A stretch of 64,000 nt of DNA. Origin: Iphione sp. A-MEVVRFRX5 (taxonomy: Eukaryota). Shown here piece after piece: positions 27,456-40,798 of this stretch (the stretch's first letter is position 1; every line of letters starts with the position of its first letter). The notes below the pieces were generated by a model. The model was not told the origin of the DNA and did not search any database. It worked only from the letters and a program-made list of their open reading frames with translations. The translations under genes and the position numbers were made by a program. Location of the stretch: NCBI GenBank assembly GCA_976226885.1, contig OZ320313.1, positions 13,888,001 to 13,952,000 on the forward strand, read 5' to 3'.

Positions 27456-28514
27456 ATTTGCCGAATCAGTAATTGAATTTGAATAATATGATGGGTGTCA
27501 GCCCTCCAACCCCCCCCCCCCCGAACTGCTTCCAGACACCTCTCCCTCTCTACATACTTACGTGATAGATGTTGAAACACCCTTGAAGATCTTAAAAGTG
27601 TTTCACACAACATGCATTCAAAGTGTCTTACAAACAATGTCTAAAAGGAAACGTTTATTTTTGGAGTGTATCCCCCCCATTAAGTGCTAAACTAGGTAAA
27701 TTGAACTTTTCTAGTAAAAAAATGTACATAGCCTTAGCTATGTATAGCCTTATATGTATAGCCTCAGCTTATAGCAAGACCATACTCACAACTTAAATTA
27801 TGATAGATATAGGACCAACGGTATAGGCTTAATATTTTCTGTTTTGATTTACACTTGAGCTCGTTTTATAGAATAGACCGTGTAATTAGCACAATCCGTC
27901 ATTATTATAGGCAACACACCTCTTTTGAACCATTAGATGTCTGACATTCTTCAAGTCGTTATACAAAACGCAGAAAATATAACACATAACATTCCATTTG
28001 TTTTCCTGTCGCTGGCCGAAAGTATATCGCAGCCACAGCGGACCACCGGAACGATCAGGAGAGGGTGTGAGGAAATCCAGGGGATAATGCAGGCCCAATT
28101 TACAGGCGACCCCCGGCAGAGTTCAGACGTAAAGTGACAAATGGACAGGAGGTAGCAGGCTTACTGGAATCATAAATCTGCTGACGTTTGGCCATGCATA
28201 CAGCTCGGCGCAGCTTAGAGGTCGTATTCCGTACCTGGCACCGGGATTTGGTTTGACCATTGATTGTGGACTTCTAGACGGTTCGTTCCAAGGCTGCCTC
28301 CCAAACTGATACCACAAAGGCAGAACTCCCCAAATCAGCCTCTTTCTGTCTCATAAAAGTATCTGAAAAATTATCAGTAGATTCTCTCCAAATCTAGTAT
28401 ACACTTATCAGTTATATCAATGCTTATAGTGGCAAAGACTAAATAAGTACAATGCATATGCAACACAGAAATGTTTGGCTTTAAGGTGGAATGGTGTGAA
28501 TTGGGGATTTAATT

Positions 28515-28990
28515 CTGCCTAGATGGTGTGATAGTAGGCTATGGTATCAAATTGGTGATGATGTGAAGCAGTTATGCTATGCAAGTTGGTTATGGCATAA
28601 GTCATCAATGATGTGATTTGCCTAGATGATGTGAGAGTTTACTGGTGTGCAAGTTGGCTGTGATGTGAGTTATCAATGAGGTGATTTGCCTAGATGTGTG
28701 AGAGTTGTCTGTGGTGTGCAAGTCAGCTGTGGTGTGAGGTATCAAGGATGTGCTTTTCCTAGATGGTGTGAGAGTTGCCTGGTGCACATTGGCTGTGGTG
28801 TGACTTATCTATGATGTGATTTGCCCAGATGGTGTGAGAATTGCTTGGGGTACAATTTGGCTGTGGTGTGAGTTATCAGTGATGTGATTTGCCTAAATGA
28901 CGTGATCGTAGATGATTTGAATTGGTGATGGTGTGAGCTGGTTATGCTGTGAGAGTTATGCGGTGGTATGCTTTATCAATGCTGTGAGTT
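28515..28990. repeat. degenerate ~68-bp GT-rich tandem repeat, ~5-6 copies
   Basis: gatgtgatttgcctagatg-like starts at 28610, 28678, 28747, 28813 and 28881. Confidence 0.85.
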
Positions 28991-29153
28991 GCTGAGATGT
29001 GAATCGTCCTGCTGCCTTTGACTACGTGTGTGACAATGTGCTTCACACCAGCTGTCGGTATTTTGCCCGCGTTTGATAACTAACTACACATGATAATCCT
29101 CTCCATCTCAGGCCCTGGCACTCAGTCAGTGTTGATTCTTCGCCATGAGATAC

Positions 29154-29351
29154 CTCCAACGGGTCGGTACAGGATTCCCTTTGGTAGTTCACCCCCGACC
29201 GCTGAGTGTCGCCCTGGCTCCTGCTGATGTACACAGTCATGCAGCCGAAGTTCTCACGAACCCCTTCGTGAACTGTCATCTTGTGTTCGGGATCCAATTT
29301 CTTCTCCTCCATACCCGTCAGACGGCGCCTTTCCAGAGTGAACATGTGCAG
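29154..29351 (-). pseudogene. coding-like fragment (exon or relic) with a BEN-domain-like or CR1-like motif
   Basis: 66 codons LHMFTLERRRLTGMEEKKLDPEHKMTVHEGVRENFG...DPLE with 49/66 G/C third positions (hand count); antisense frame also open; no convincing splice sites or start. Confidence 0.35.
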
Positions 29352-29684
29352 CCACAGTAGCGAATGACTTGGACTTTGGCTTCGGTTTAGGGTAGATTTA
29401 ATCAAATTGTGCATAACGTGCGGTAATGCAAGACTGCCTTTGTGCGTCGGAAGGTAATATTCATTCGTACACCCCTGCATTGGATATAGCGTATCATACT
29501 GACTACATATTGTAAGGTTTTGCACGACTATGAATGACATGGACCTTCAGAAATCAAATCCGCATTAAATCACCAAAAAAGGATTCCTGTGCCAAAACTA
29601 AACAAGAAACAAGATCAAAGTCTCCTGTCCGGCCCATCTTTCATCTGTTTGTTTTAAAACCGCATTTGGGTAATTATATTCAGA

Positions 29685-29818
29685 CTAAGATCTTATCCGA
29701 ATTTCAAGACGCATCACTGCATTTATTTAAAAAAAAACTATACGAAGCAGGCTAAGATCTTATCGAAATTTCAACCCGTATCAATACATTTATTTACGAA
29801 AAACAAACTATACGAAGC
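29685..29818. repeat. 67-bp direct repeat x2
   Basis: ctaagatcttatc.gaatttcaa...atttattta....aaactatacgaagc at 29685 and 29752. Confidence 0.85.
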
Positions 29819-30242
29819 CTTCGGAATAGGATTTTCCACTGACAATTAGTTACTGTCCAAACAGAGCCTTTTAGTCAGTTCTCCCGTCACCTACCTCACA
29901 GCGCTATCATGACATGCCCTTCACGCCAAGGCTGATGTAGTAGGAACCACCCATCTCTACCCTTAATGCTTCTATACATCAAAGGCTGCTCTGGTCAATA
30001 TCCTGCTCATCGCCCTCGGGTGGTGAACATCCCGGCGGTGGGGCATGGCATCATCATCGCCTTGTGATGACGATTGCGGCCGACACGCAGAGTGAATACG
30101 TAATTGTGCTTGGGTAACGCACGGCAGGACGTCGGCTAAGTACCTGGCCAGCCTTCTCTGATCAGAGACACCTGCCGGCGGTCCTTCAGTGGGAGGCCCT
30201 CGTCTAGGCCCAGACCTACAGGCGCCATATACTAGGATTACA

Positions 30243-30412
30243 TGAAATCCACAGACCCACAGACAATTACGTGAAATCCACAGGCCAACTGACAATTACG
30301 TGAAATCCACAGGCCCACCGACAATTACGTGAAATCCACAGGCCAACTGACAATTACGTGAAATCTACAGGCCAACTGACAATTACGTCAAATCCACAGG
30401 CCAACTGACAAT
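30243..30412. repeat. 29-bp minisatellite x~6 (TGAAATCCACAGGCCAACTGACAATTACG)
   Basis: unit starts at 30243, 30272, 30301, 30330, 30359 and 30388; no spacers. Confidence 0.97.
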
Positions 30413-32039
30413 GGCAGTTTTTTTTTTTACTAATTCGGCGTTTGCTTTGGACGATGAAGGGCATAGAGGACAACTTTGAAATCAACATTGGTGATTAAAA
30501 AATACCCTCGTCTGGGTTTGTGCATATCTATGGTAATTGAACGTCAATTAATGGCGATCCTTCTTTAAAACAAATTATTTCCACTCGTGAAAAGCTTGAG
30601 GACATGAATGTTGTTATCATAATGTTCCTTTTTGTTAACTTGGATCGTTATTCATAAAAGTCTCATTTTTGCGCAGTTCTTCAAGTACCTCCTTCTATAT
30701 TGTCTGCTGGTGTATTTGTAATACACATATTATAGGTACTCGTACATTTCGATAAATGTCCTTGCTTTATATGCACGTACACATATAATTACATGTCTCT
30801 CCATCATTCGCTTCCCCGTGTCATTAGCAGTTCTTTTAAACAAAACTGTCACAAGTTGCAACAGGGAACACTTCTGTTAGGTTTAAAGCCAGCTTCATAT
30901 TTGTGGGTTACACTTAATGTAGAGATGATATCTCAGACCAGTTAGTTATGGCCAGAGTGAATACTGCACGGAGTGATATGATTACAAAGTGGAATCTCAC
31001 GTAGGAGATCCAACTTAACCTATTAATTATGGTCTCTCGCACGGTCTGGTTGCATTAGGCAACATCTATAGAGAGTGATAAGAATGTCCGGGTCTGATGA
31101 GTCACAGTCTCTCCCCAGATTTGGTCTTCCTTTTGATCTGGTCTTTTACTGGGTCTTTTCGGAATAACCCCTTCATTCTTGAATCATGGGCGTGTCATTG
31201 TAAATCAAGGTGTGAACCTTGAAACAAGGTGAAAATGGTTGCTTTTACCACTGGCCTAAGATGAGGAGCATTTCCTACACCCAAGGTTATAACTTTTCAC
31301 ATTTGGCTGCGTTCCTGTGGACTTCATAGCTATGGCAGAATAAATCCCTCCAGCGTCGGTTAGGAGCAATTGCCACAGTCTATCATCAAGCAGCTTACCA
31401 AGTACATGTACATGAATTCTTTTTATTATAGCTATATGTACAATGTAGTGAATACAAACACTTACATGCAATGAGACCGGATACCGACATTCATACATTG
31501 AATCCTCTTCATCTAGACAGTATATATTTGAGTGTTTCTTACTCACATGCTAAGCTTCCTAGTCTCAACTGTTAAAAAGCAATACACACGGTCCACTATC
31601 GATGCAGTCTTCCCTCGCATTATGCAGCTCCTCTGTCTACGGAATCCCTCATTGCAGGCACAGGTTTGCATATATGACGTAGCCCTGTAAACGTACCTAT
31701 TCCCTCATTATCCCAACAAAATTGGTTGCAACGCATGTGTTTTCCTGCCACTAGCATCGTCTGTTTATCGACATATTTACCTTGGCTAGCCGTCTGAATA
31801 ACATGGAGAGCATTGCATGTCTTATATTGGTAAACTCCGTCCACAATCACGTCTCAGAGCTCAGTGGTTGAAATGAGCCGCTCGCTGGGGAGCTTGTTAA
31901 AACAACCCCTCCCCTTCCCCCCTCCCCTCCCCACTCCCCACCGACTTGGATGTTAAAGACACCACACGGGTCTACTATTGCCAGAGTTCTGAAAACTCCC
32001 ATCATGTTGATCAAGTTCACCTCCCTCCCCCCCCCGCCT

Positions 32040-32720
32040 AACCAACAAGCGACGACGACGATTTGTGTTTGCCATCCGTGACAAACGGTGGCTGCGTGAA
32101 TGTTGCCACGGCAAGCCGATCATCCGCCAAACAGAAGCGGAGGGGAACGAGAGGCTGTCATGAGAAGGTACGGGACCGCGATAACTGACAACTCAGGCGG
32201 CCATTCTTCACATCAAACAGCCATGTGCGGCCGCCGCATTGGCTGAGCGACATCATTTTTTCTTCTCCCTACATCCGCCGTCGGCAGGTTTATTCGACTA
32301 GTTAGTGGGGAGTTATCCCTCCTTATTGTGCATCTGTCAAGCGCAGCCCATTCCGAATGGGTTTTCTTTACGAGTCGCAGCACGGAAGCGCCCCCTATGA
32401 TCCCCCCTACGTGCTGGCTATACCCCTCTCCCCCTCCGCTTCCAAGCGTCGTCCACCAATGGTCGGTCGTCACGCGACGTGGAGGTGGGCGATAATAAGA
32501 ACCCTGAGCCAGCTTCTCCCAACCGCCTTGGCACGCCGCGTTCCCTCTCCTGGCGCCTGGCGGTTATTTCCTGGTAGTGGATAGGGTCCAATGGCCGACG
32601 CCAGTCCGGGACATAGGCATGCGGGGATTTGTGGAGAGTGTTTGAGATGGTCGCCGGCAGGGAGACGACTGGGTGGAGGGGTCCTTTAAGGCCCCAGAGA
32701 CCAAAATGGGAGGGCAAATA
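32040..32720. promoter_or_regulatory. CpG-rich island with CCAAT boxes; candidate promoter or enhancer
   Basis: dense CpG; attggct at ~32238, ccaat at ~32456 and ~32588; reverse CTCF-like gcgccccctatga at 32388-32400. Confidence 0.4.
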
Positions 32721-33905
32721 AACTATGATCTCCACAGCCGACAGAGGAAGTGTCAACCACTTTTTGCATTGCTCTATCAAATGGATTCCATATTCTGAAT
32801 CGCTTTTACACACACAAACACACACACACACACGGAATAAACACACACAACCACATAACACATCTGAAGACAACTTCCCTGGTGTCACGGGATCTTCTTG
32901 CATATAAACAAGTCAACTTTTTCCCCAACCGATTGGCGGAAGACTTGTTTAATGTTTCCGTTGATTTCTTTTTCCTTTTCTCCCACACAAAAGGAATTAC
33001 GTTCCTTTCACCCGTAACATTACCTTTTTAATGGTTGTACTGTGGCAGACTTGGGAACCATTGTGGCTCATTCTTGTTCGGCGAAAAGGTCGTTTATTTG
33101 AAAACGAGGGTAAAAGATAAACGACGAATTCTGAAAATTGAATCCTTTCAATGGCAACAGTTATTGAGGGCGGCTTTCAAAATTGATAATGAAAAGCCGA
33201 ACATGGGAGACCGAGTGTGAAAAGCAGAACTGCTTCTTTCAACGTGCTGATTAAATCAGTCCATAAAACATAAGCAACGATTCAAATATGATGGGAAAAA
33301 TTGAGTACGAAAAGCGATATGTATGATTTCCATTTGCAGAAAGCGACGTTCACGCCTGCGCATATAAAAAGACCCAGAACGAGTCCACTGCTTCATGTAA
33401 AATCTTCTGCCATTCCTTTAATTAATCTTGTCCCTGCGTTGGCCAAATTACGTCCTACAGAGTCTCCCCTCCATGCGAGAATAGAGTAATTAGTATACAA
33501 ATGGGCCATACTTATCTTCTAGCTCTACGAAATGGGGGCTCCGGTCTATTATGGCTTGAATATTTCATGTCGTCCTCATGCATAACCCGAGTCTCCTGTT
33601 ACACGTCATCGCCGATAGTGGCAGGGACCTCAGAGCTTCTCTGAGGCTGAAACAACCACGTCGCCTCGCTCACTTTTTATTGCCTCATACTTCCGTCTAC
33701 TGTCCAACCCTTCATATATACATGGAGTGATAGTCACAGCGAGTGGTGAGCACCCTCTTTGGCATAAGGCAAAAATATGTATCTGCGCTTCTGGTAACAT
33801 GCTTGAAAAACACATAGGCGGTTGGTTGTTGTTGTTTTTTTAAAAAAATTGTTCTCTTCTTTGCATTGTAGGTGGAGTCTGAAAACAGGAAATATGGGCG
33901 TCTAA

Positions 33906-34111
33906 GCCTGAAAATACCAGGCCCACTGTTCTAGACTCTAGTGAATCTTGCAACTTATGAAAGCTGCCCTAAGGAAGAAAATCATTTATTTTATGAGTCT
34001 TGATTCATTTTCAAGATATGCGCAAAACACTGATAATAGAATAGAACTTCCAATAGCTCCCAAATTAGAGTCGGTTAAGTTACTGGAAACACAGATATTT
34101 TGTATTAGGCC
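33906..34111. mobile_element. partial Harbinger-type MITE (family B-like right end)
   Basis: ends gttactggaaacacagat...ggcc|TAA like 45484-45816; left end is poorly preserved. Confidence 0.55.
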
Positions 34112-37100
34112 TAATGCACAATTTATGGTCATTTTGCAAGACCCTTTTATTCTTTTCTAATCCTTTTGGCAACCTTTAGCATGTGGAGGAGGAGAAGAGG
34201 CCACAGCTGGCCTAGTTTGCGGCCTGTTTCAGTGTTAGAACCCGTGCAGGATGTGCTACATTGTCTGGGCAACATTTCGCTCTTTTGTTACAGTCCAGAG
34301 TAACAGACTCCGTTTTTTACCTAGCATGCTACTATTGTGTTAGGTCTGTCCTTTGAAAACTCTTTGACCTTCTTGTGATTACTGTCAGTGTGTGGTCTGA
34401 AACAATATGTAAGATGATCTCCGTCAGTTATGAGGACATCGTTATAGTGTGACAGCCGACCCCGGGAAACGTCATTTCTTCAGGTTCGAGTTACGTCAGC
34501 AATATCACCTGTCCAAGCAAAAAAACACTTTCCGTTGGCAAACTTCTTAAATGATGATACTTGGGCTTTGGCTTTTTACGGGATATGGGGTGAAATTGAA
34601 CTTACAAGAATATTTTGATGAGAAATGTGATTGGATGTTGCTCAAGGTTATTTGACAGCATATCACATCGTTCTGTATTCATAAAAATACCACGTCCGCC
34701 CATAAAAAAAGAAAAAAGAATATCCAAATTGCATGTTTAAAACGATAAACCGAAATGTCAAACGCAGACTTTCTGAAGGACACTCACCCACTTTAGAAAA
34801 CTATACATTTTTTCAAACATTTTTCATTGTGGTGTAATTAGTGAGCTTAGATTTAACAGTTGAATTCAACCCGGGCCGTTAGCACATTTATGAAACTCCT
34901 TGTGTATCGATTCTTACCTTTTTTGTGCTGAATTGATAAGACTTTTACGCGGCTTTATGACACAGATGTTGCAAAACATATAGCTTTGATTTGATGGGCT
35001 CCTGTTGCGATGTCACAAAGGGTGCAAAACGTCCTGTTGTAAACGGGGTGACTGACACTGTTGACGATAGCTCAGTTCAATCATGACGCTCAAGCAAATA
35101 GATCAAGAACACAAACAGCTACATACATGTATAATAGAACTCGAACTGCAAGACGTAAATGGCTAAAGATTCTTTTAAAACATCCGAAGTAATTACGCAC
35201 ATAGACTACCAAGTTTTGTGGTATTCCAGTGACTAAATTATGGAAATATATTACTTGATTGACAATTTAGGCACACGTACTTTTGGCTCGGTTACATCTA
35301 AAGAGAAACTTGTAATTCACTGTGGACGTGGAACAGACCCATTGCTCTCACACTCAGAATTTACCAGCACTTAAAAATTAAACAAAGGTGCCTGGCGATG
35401 TATTCCAACTTCAGATCAGGGTTAAAGCATTGGAAACCCTTTATACCACCTCGTAGTCGACTCATCCCGAAGTAGTTAAAATAGAATAGCCGTAAAAACG
35501 CTTGTTTCACCAATCTTTCTGGATATGCAATCTGTTTGATGTAATTTCTACGATGATGTAACAAAAGGGCGAAAACACGTTGCGTTGCATTGTAACGGTG
35601 TGACTGACAGGTTTCGGTGATTGGTCACTGCTACCTGGCCCTGACAGCTTGAACCCACTGTCAACCCGTCACGCCGTTTCTCTCTCTCTCTCTCACGTCA
35701 CGTCGCTGCGAGCGGGACGGCCACGAGACTGGAGAATTACTTTTCCTGTAAGTTCATTAGGCCTGACATTTACCGCAGCGACGCTCGGCGGCAGGAACAC
35801 GAACCGCAAGTTATGCCCGCTCAACGCGCATGTGCATGGCTGTCTTCACTTCCTGCCTCTGGTTGAGTGACATCTCGGGAGACTGAGTAGCTCATTCGAG
35901 CAGATGTAAATGAACGAGCCATACCAACCCCAACCTCACGTCCCTCCCCCGCCACGCACGTAAAGCAGTTGAGTAACCATGCTTTATGAGACTAACGACC
36001 TTTAAAGTACCCATACATCAGAAAGGGGAAAATGGTTGATTAGGTTCTACTTTCTTCAGTGTGAGTAAGTCAAGCGTAGTCGTACATATACTGTGTGTGC
36101 TCGGAAGGGAATACATCAAAGAGAGAGACCTGGACTTTGTGCTGCGTTTCGTACTGTACAAGCAGATCCAGAGTGACTTTGTAATGTGTTAATGTACTAA
36201 TCTTCGGACTTAGTTAATTATGCCTGTCACAAACACGATTTATAACCAGACCAGGAAGTGCACTAATCTCCTGTATTGGAGGTCAATACATTCGGAGCTA
36301 CTCTACGAGAGATTCCCATCTAAGAATTCGGTTTACGAGTCCTGTGCCAACAAATTTACAAGCTATAATTGAAGCTTCGTTTAATAAGACCCTCTGGTCG
36401 CTATCAGAGTCGTGTAAAGTAAACATATCGAATAAAAAGGATTAAACTGTAGTGGGTGGACGCATTTAACACATACAGGAGCGGCGGTTTGGGGGCGGGG
36501 GGGGGATGGGGCAGGCCAGAGCTTGTAAAGTGAGAAATCTGTCGCAGAGTTAAACCCTTTTGAATTGCCATCTAGGGAACAGAGGGGAATTAATGTGAGT
36601 CGGCTTCGGAGACGGAAGAAAACCACAAAGCTAGTCCGAGCCACTGATGCCCCCCCCCCTTGCATTGTTTCGTGCCTGGCTACGCTTCGTCAATGAAACT
36701 GGCTGCTGTGTGTAAAGAATTCTTTTCCGTCTCACTGGGCCCTGACACTAATTCCCACTTCATTGCTTACGTAAATCGATAAGTTAAGTCTCGTCTTGCA
36801 CTTTAAGATTCCTTTAATTTGCTATCAATATCTTTGAATTTTGCTCGCTTGTAGAAATGTATATCTTACAAATTTCATGACCTCTACAGATCACCATCGA
36901 CATTGGGAAACAATGTTTCAAATTGCGCTGCTTATCTTGACAAACTATTAAATTTTACGTAGTCAGGAGTACTTGCCATAAGATATCCGTATGTTCAGTT
37001 TGGAGGTCCTGGCTTTAGTAGTTAGAGAGGAATGTGTAACACAAGAGGGAAAAGGATCTTGTACACAAACTCTGGCAGCATCCCCACGCCCTTCCCTATA

Positions 37101-37195
37101 CAAGTGGCGAGGACAAAAAGCCCTCCACAGAGGTTTTTCTGACGTTGGCTTTGGTATTGTTGTCCTTTGCCGATCGATAGTTGTCTGTTTGGGGT

Positions 37196-37202
37196 GAGAG
37201 AG

Positions 37203-37253
<51 letters not shown>

Positions 37254-37292
37254 GGGGAGGGAGGGGGAGAGAGAAGGAGGGAGGGGGGAGAG
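37196..37292. repeat. (GA)n / polypurine tract
   Basis: long GA dinucleotide run followed by G-rich purine sequence. Confidence 0.95.
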
Positions 37293-40200
37293 GCGGCATC
37301 GGCTGTTGAAGCAGGCTGCGAGATCGACCGTTTGTTTTCATAGTAAAGTCCTTTTTTGTGCCAACCTGGGAGGGGTTGAATAAATGCTCGGAAGTGTGGG
37401 AGGATGTCCCACGAGTGCTCAGCTTTCAATCCTTGATAACGAAAAAAACGTTCCACATGAGGTGTTTGGGTATTTAATCTATTTTTAGACTCAATAGCCC
37501 ATACTTTCCCTCATCAACAGTACTTGTTGCCATGCGTCTACTGCAGCCCCTGTTCCTATGGTGACGTGCCCCCTCAAGGCTACATTCATACTCCAGGGCA
37601 GATGTCAGAAACGAGTGACCTGTGGCTGGCAGGCTTGGACATTGTCTGAATTTAAATTGCCTTTAACCGCTGGAGCCAACCAATACATTTTTTTAAGTTC
37701 TGACCTTTGCCGAATGAGGGGAACTTTGTCTATAACCTATGATATATCCTTTGGTTTAGGGCTATAACACTGAAGAAAAAAAATTGAGGGAAAGACTACG
37801 CCTCACAGTGATGGGCTAATTGGGAAAATAACGCCCTCAATTTCAACTCCTCCTTCGTCCGACTTCTACGGGATTCACAGTCTGACTAACGGAAGGGGGA
37901 GAATTATCATCCTCTGACCACCACTGATTTGTTGATGGATTTTCCTCCTGCATTCCATAGGTATCCCAGGCAGCATACAAATTTGCTTGAGTCCTATACC
38001 TGAGTCTCAACTGGTGCCTCATGTGGGATTGACTAGTTTAGTCCATGGGCGATTGCTGCGAGTGTACACAGTCTACTGTAAAACGTTGCTATTGTAACAC
38101 ACGCTTATACCTGCAATAGTGAGGATAGTGGAATACTGAGGGCTTCACGTCCAATTATCTCATTCTGTATCAAGTGAATTCGCTTGGAATGGGGAGTGTT
38201 CTAGAATAGCGAGGTGTTGCAATTGCGAAATTTAACTGCCTGCTGAGAGATTTGTGGGTGAGAATTCTCAGGGCCTATCTACAGGGTACCATGACCAAAC
38301 CCTAAATGGTTGGGAGCGTGTTAGGTTCATAAGGGTTGAGATTCTATACCACATTTACGGAGAAGTAAAATCTGAAAGTCTGATGAGATTTGCGTTGGTG
38401 AGAGTTCATCGGACACATTCCACTCCAGAAAACAGATATACAATAACGTTAATGTAGAGAGAATGGGACTTCATAAAAATTGACATAAAAATGCGCATAA
38501 TGATGCATGTGCCATTGTTTGAAGCAACGCTTATGGCATTTTAACCCAAATATAAAGTATGAATCATTTCAAATCCCACAAGATCAAAACGTCTGGCCTT
38601 GAAGTGGTCGTTTAACCGTGGGAGGGTTTTGGGAATATCGATCAACAAAGTATACAAGGCTACGCCTATCTGCTATTTCATTACACTAATTGCAATGAGG
38701 TGCAGTGTATCTCCAGAACAACCCCGGCTATTGAAATGACCTACCCTAGCCAAGGACAGCTTGTTACATACGATTTTAATGTTACCTTACAGACATATTC
38801 ACATTCACAACTGTCCTCCAATACATAGAGGTGAATTGGAGTTATGCTTATATTTGGTAAAGAAAGACTGACGTCGCAAAACAATAAACACCCTTCACGC
38901 GGAGAAAACACTATACGTTTCTTCTTTCATTTTTAATAAGAAAACCCTGGGAATTGCTGGTAGGATGTGCAGTATTAGCTGCACCAGACGGAAGTGAATG
39001 AGTCTGTAGGCCATGACAACTGCGGCGCACATGCTTGGGACATGGTCGTCTAGACACTAGAGATCGGGATATAATGAGACTATGGCTCGCACCTAAATTG
39101 ACTCATGTCCTTTAACACCTTGCACCTTAACGAAATCAAATCAACGGATTATAACTCTGCTCATTCAGAGTATTTCACTCGCTATTTAAAGAACTACGGT
39201 TGCTAACTGCTTGCGAAAGGTAGAGAAGTGAAGTACATATGAATACAAATGGTTTGGACATGGAATGTTTTCAGAACGGGAAGGTGTTGTATTGACATTG
39301 GCGGAAGTCAGTTGTTGCCGGTGAGACTTCGGTTACGGCCCAAGATCTAGTTCACGCTGCAACACAATGGGATAATGTAACTGCTATTAGCCATAACGGA
39401 CAGCCAGCCTTTGGGGACGACTATAGGTGGCATCAGACATCAACTGATATCAATGTCATACTCTTTGAATGGAGGTCCAGGAACGAGCACAGCTGGACCG
39501 GAATGTTGGGTTATCCGCATGTGAGGTCGTGGGGGGGGGTCACTTCCGCCTAGGTCCCTTTTATACCTGTTTCCTTTCACGTTGTTGGTCACTCAATGGT
39601 GCCCGACCTCTTGTTTAGCCACCATTTTCATGGCATGTAGTGAAGGCCAGGTGAAATAATATTCGTGTTTCTGATAAACCGACTGACGCTGATTTTTGAC
39701 CTCTTGGAACATGTTATGATTCAGTGGTCAAAAGCTTCCCCTGAATACCTGAACCCTCACTACGCACGCAGATGACATGACTATTTTGGCATAGGCCTCT
39801 TCATGTTGCAGCATTGTATTTTTATTTTACTGAGCTGGTTTCAGTTGCATATAGCATGAGAATTTTGCAGGATTCAATTTCTTGCATTTCCTGGTATGTT
39901 TCCAGGAAAAAGATATTCACGTATCATATGACAGGGTTTTTCCAAATCCTATTGGGGTAAAATACTACCATCTTTTATTTAGAATTGAGAGACAAGAATA
40001 CCTAGAGTCGTCCCCTACTCTAATTTCAAATAGGTTTCTGGAGTCTTTTTATGCATAGGGGACAGAATCCTATAAACCCGCAGCCTTTCTATATATGAAT
40101 TGTGGACCACTCTGAGTTGGGGCTATAGTAAATCTGTCCAGACTTGATCAAGAGTCCCAGGCCCCAGGCTTTGTCGATCGAGAGCTACCTTCTCCCTTGT

Positions 40201-40683
40201 AGAGTAATAACATATGTAAGCCTCCCATTACCGATCTCATCCATTGGACACATTTTGGCCACTAGTTTCCAAAAAGCAGCTATTGACAATTTTATAAGTA
40301 AATCATGGCAGATAATCATTCTGCATTTAGTAAATGGAGCTGAACAAGCACTGAGACTTATTTTCTCCCGGCTGCAATCCTGCCAGCAGCTCTAGATATA
40401 CACGCAGTTAGCCAGGCTAATGTTATGTGCCAGTCCATAACCTCCAAAAGGGCCTGTCCTTTCGGCTGATAATCTGCACTCCCCCCTCGAATCGCAGTTA
40501 GTCCCTAAGCTGTGTCTACGCAGGTCATCTTGTGGTTAGAGGACGGCTCCTTATCCGACTGGTTTATCTGCCGGTTTACAGCGATGCTCTCCGCAGTTTT
40601 ATCCCACTACACCTAACTAGCTTGGATTGTGATAAGCTCTCAGACGCCTCATAACTCCTTCCTCTTCTGCTTCGTGTTCTACG

Positions 40684-40798
40684 ATTGATGCATCGCTGAG
40701 TCATCCGAATTTTTATGACTTTTGCCAGGAAATGATGCATTTCTATTGGTTGAGAGTACACTATTGGGGGGTGGCTGACAGGCCAGCGATGCATCAAT
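40684..40798. repeat. 115-bp element bounded by a perfect 15-bp inverted repeat
   Basis: attgatgcatcgctg (40684-40698) and cagcgatgcatcaat (40784-40798). Confidence 0.8.

Noticed and set aside
27149-27637. ORFs of 64-162 aa around 27.3 kb
   Set aside because: Artefacts of reading through the second N gap.
30243-30412. CRISPR-like 29-bp repeats
   Set aside because: Units are head-to-tail with no unique spacers, there are no cas genes, and the context is eukaryotic.
39500-39790. LGP and (H)ADDMT motifs hinting at a reverse transcriptase
   Set aside because: About 220 nt apart, far more than in RT domains, and no PQG motif or continuous frame.
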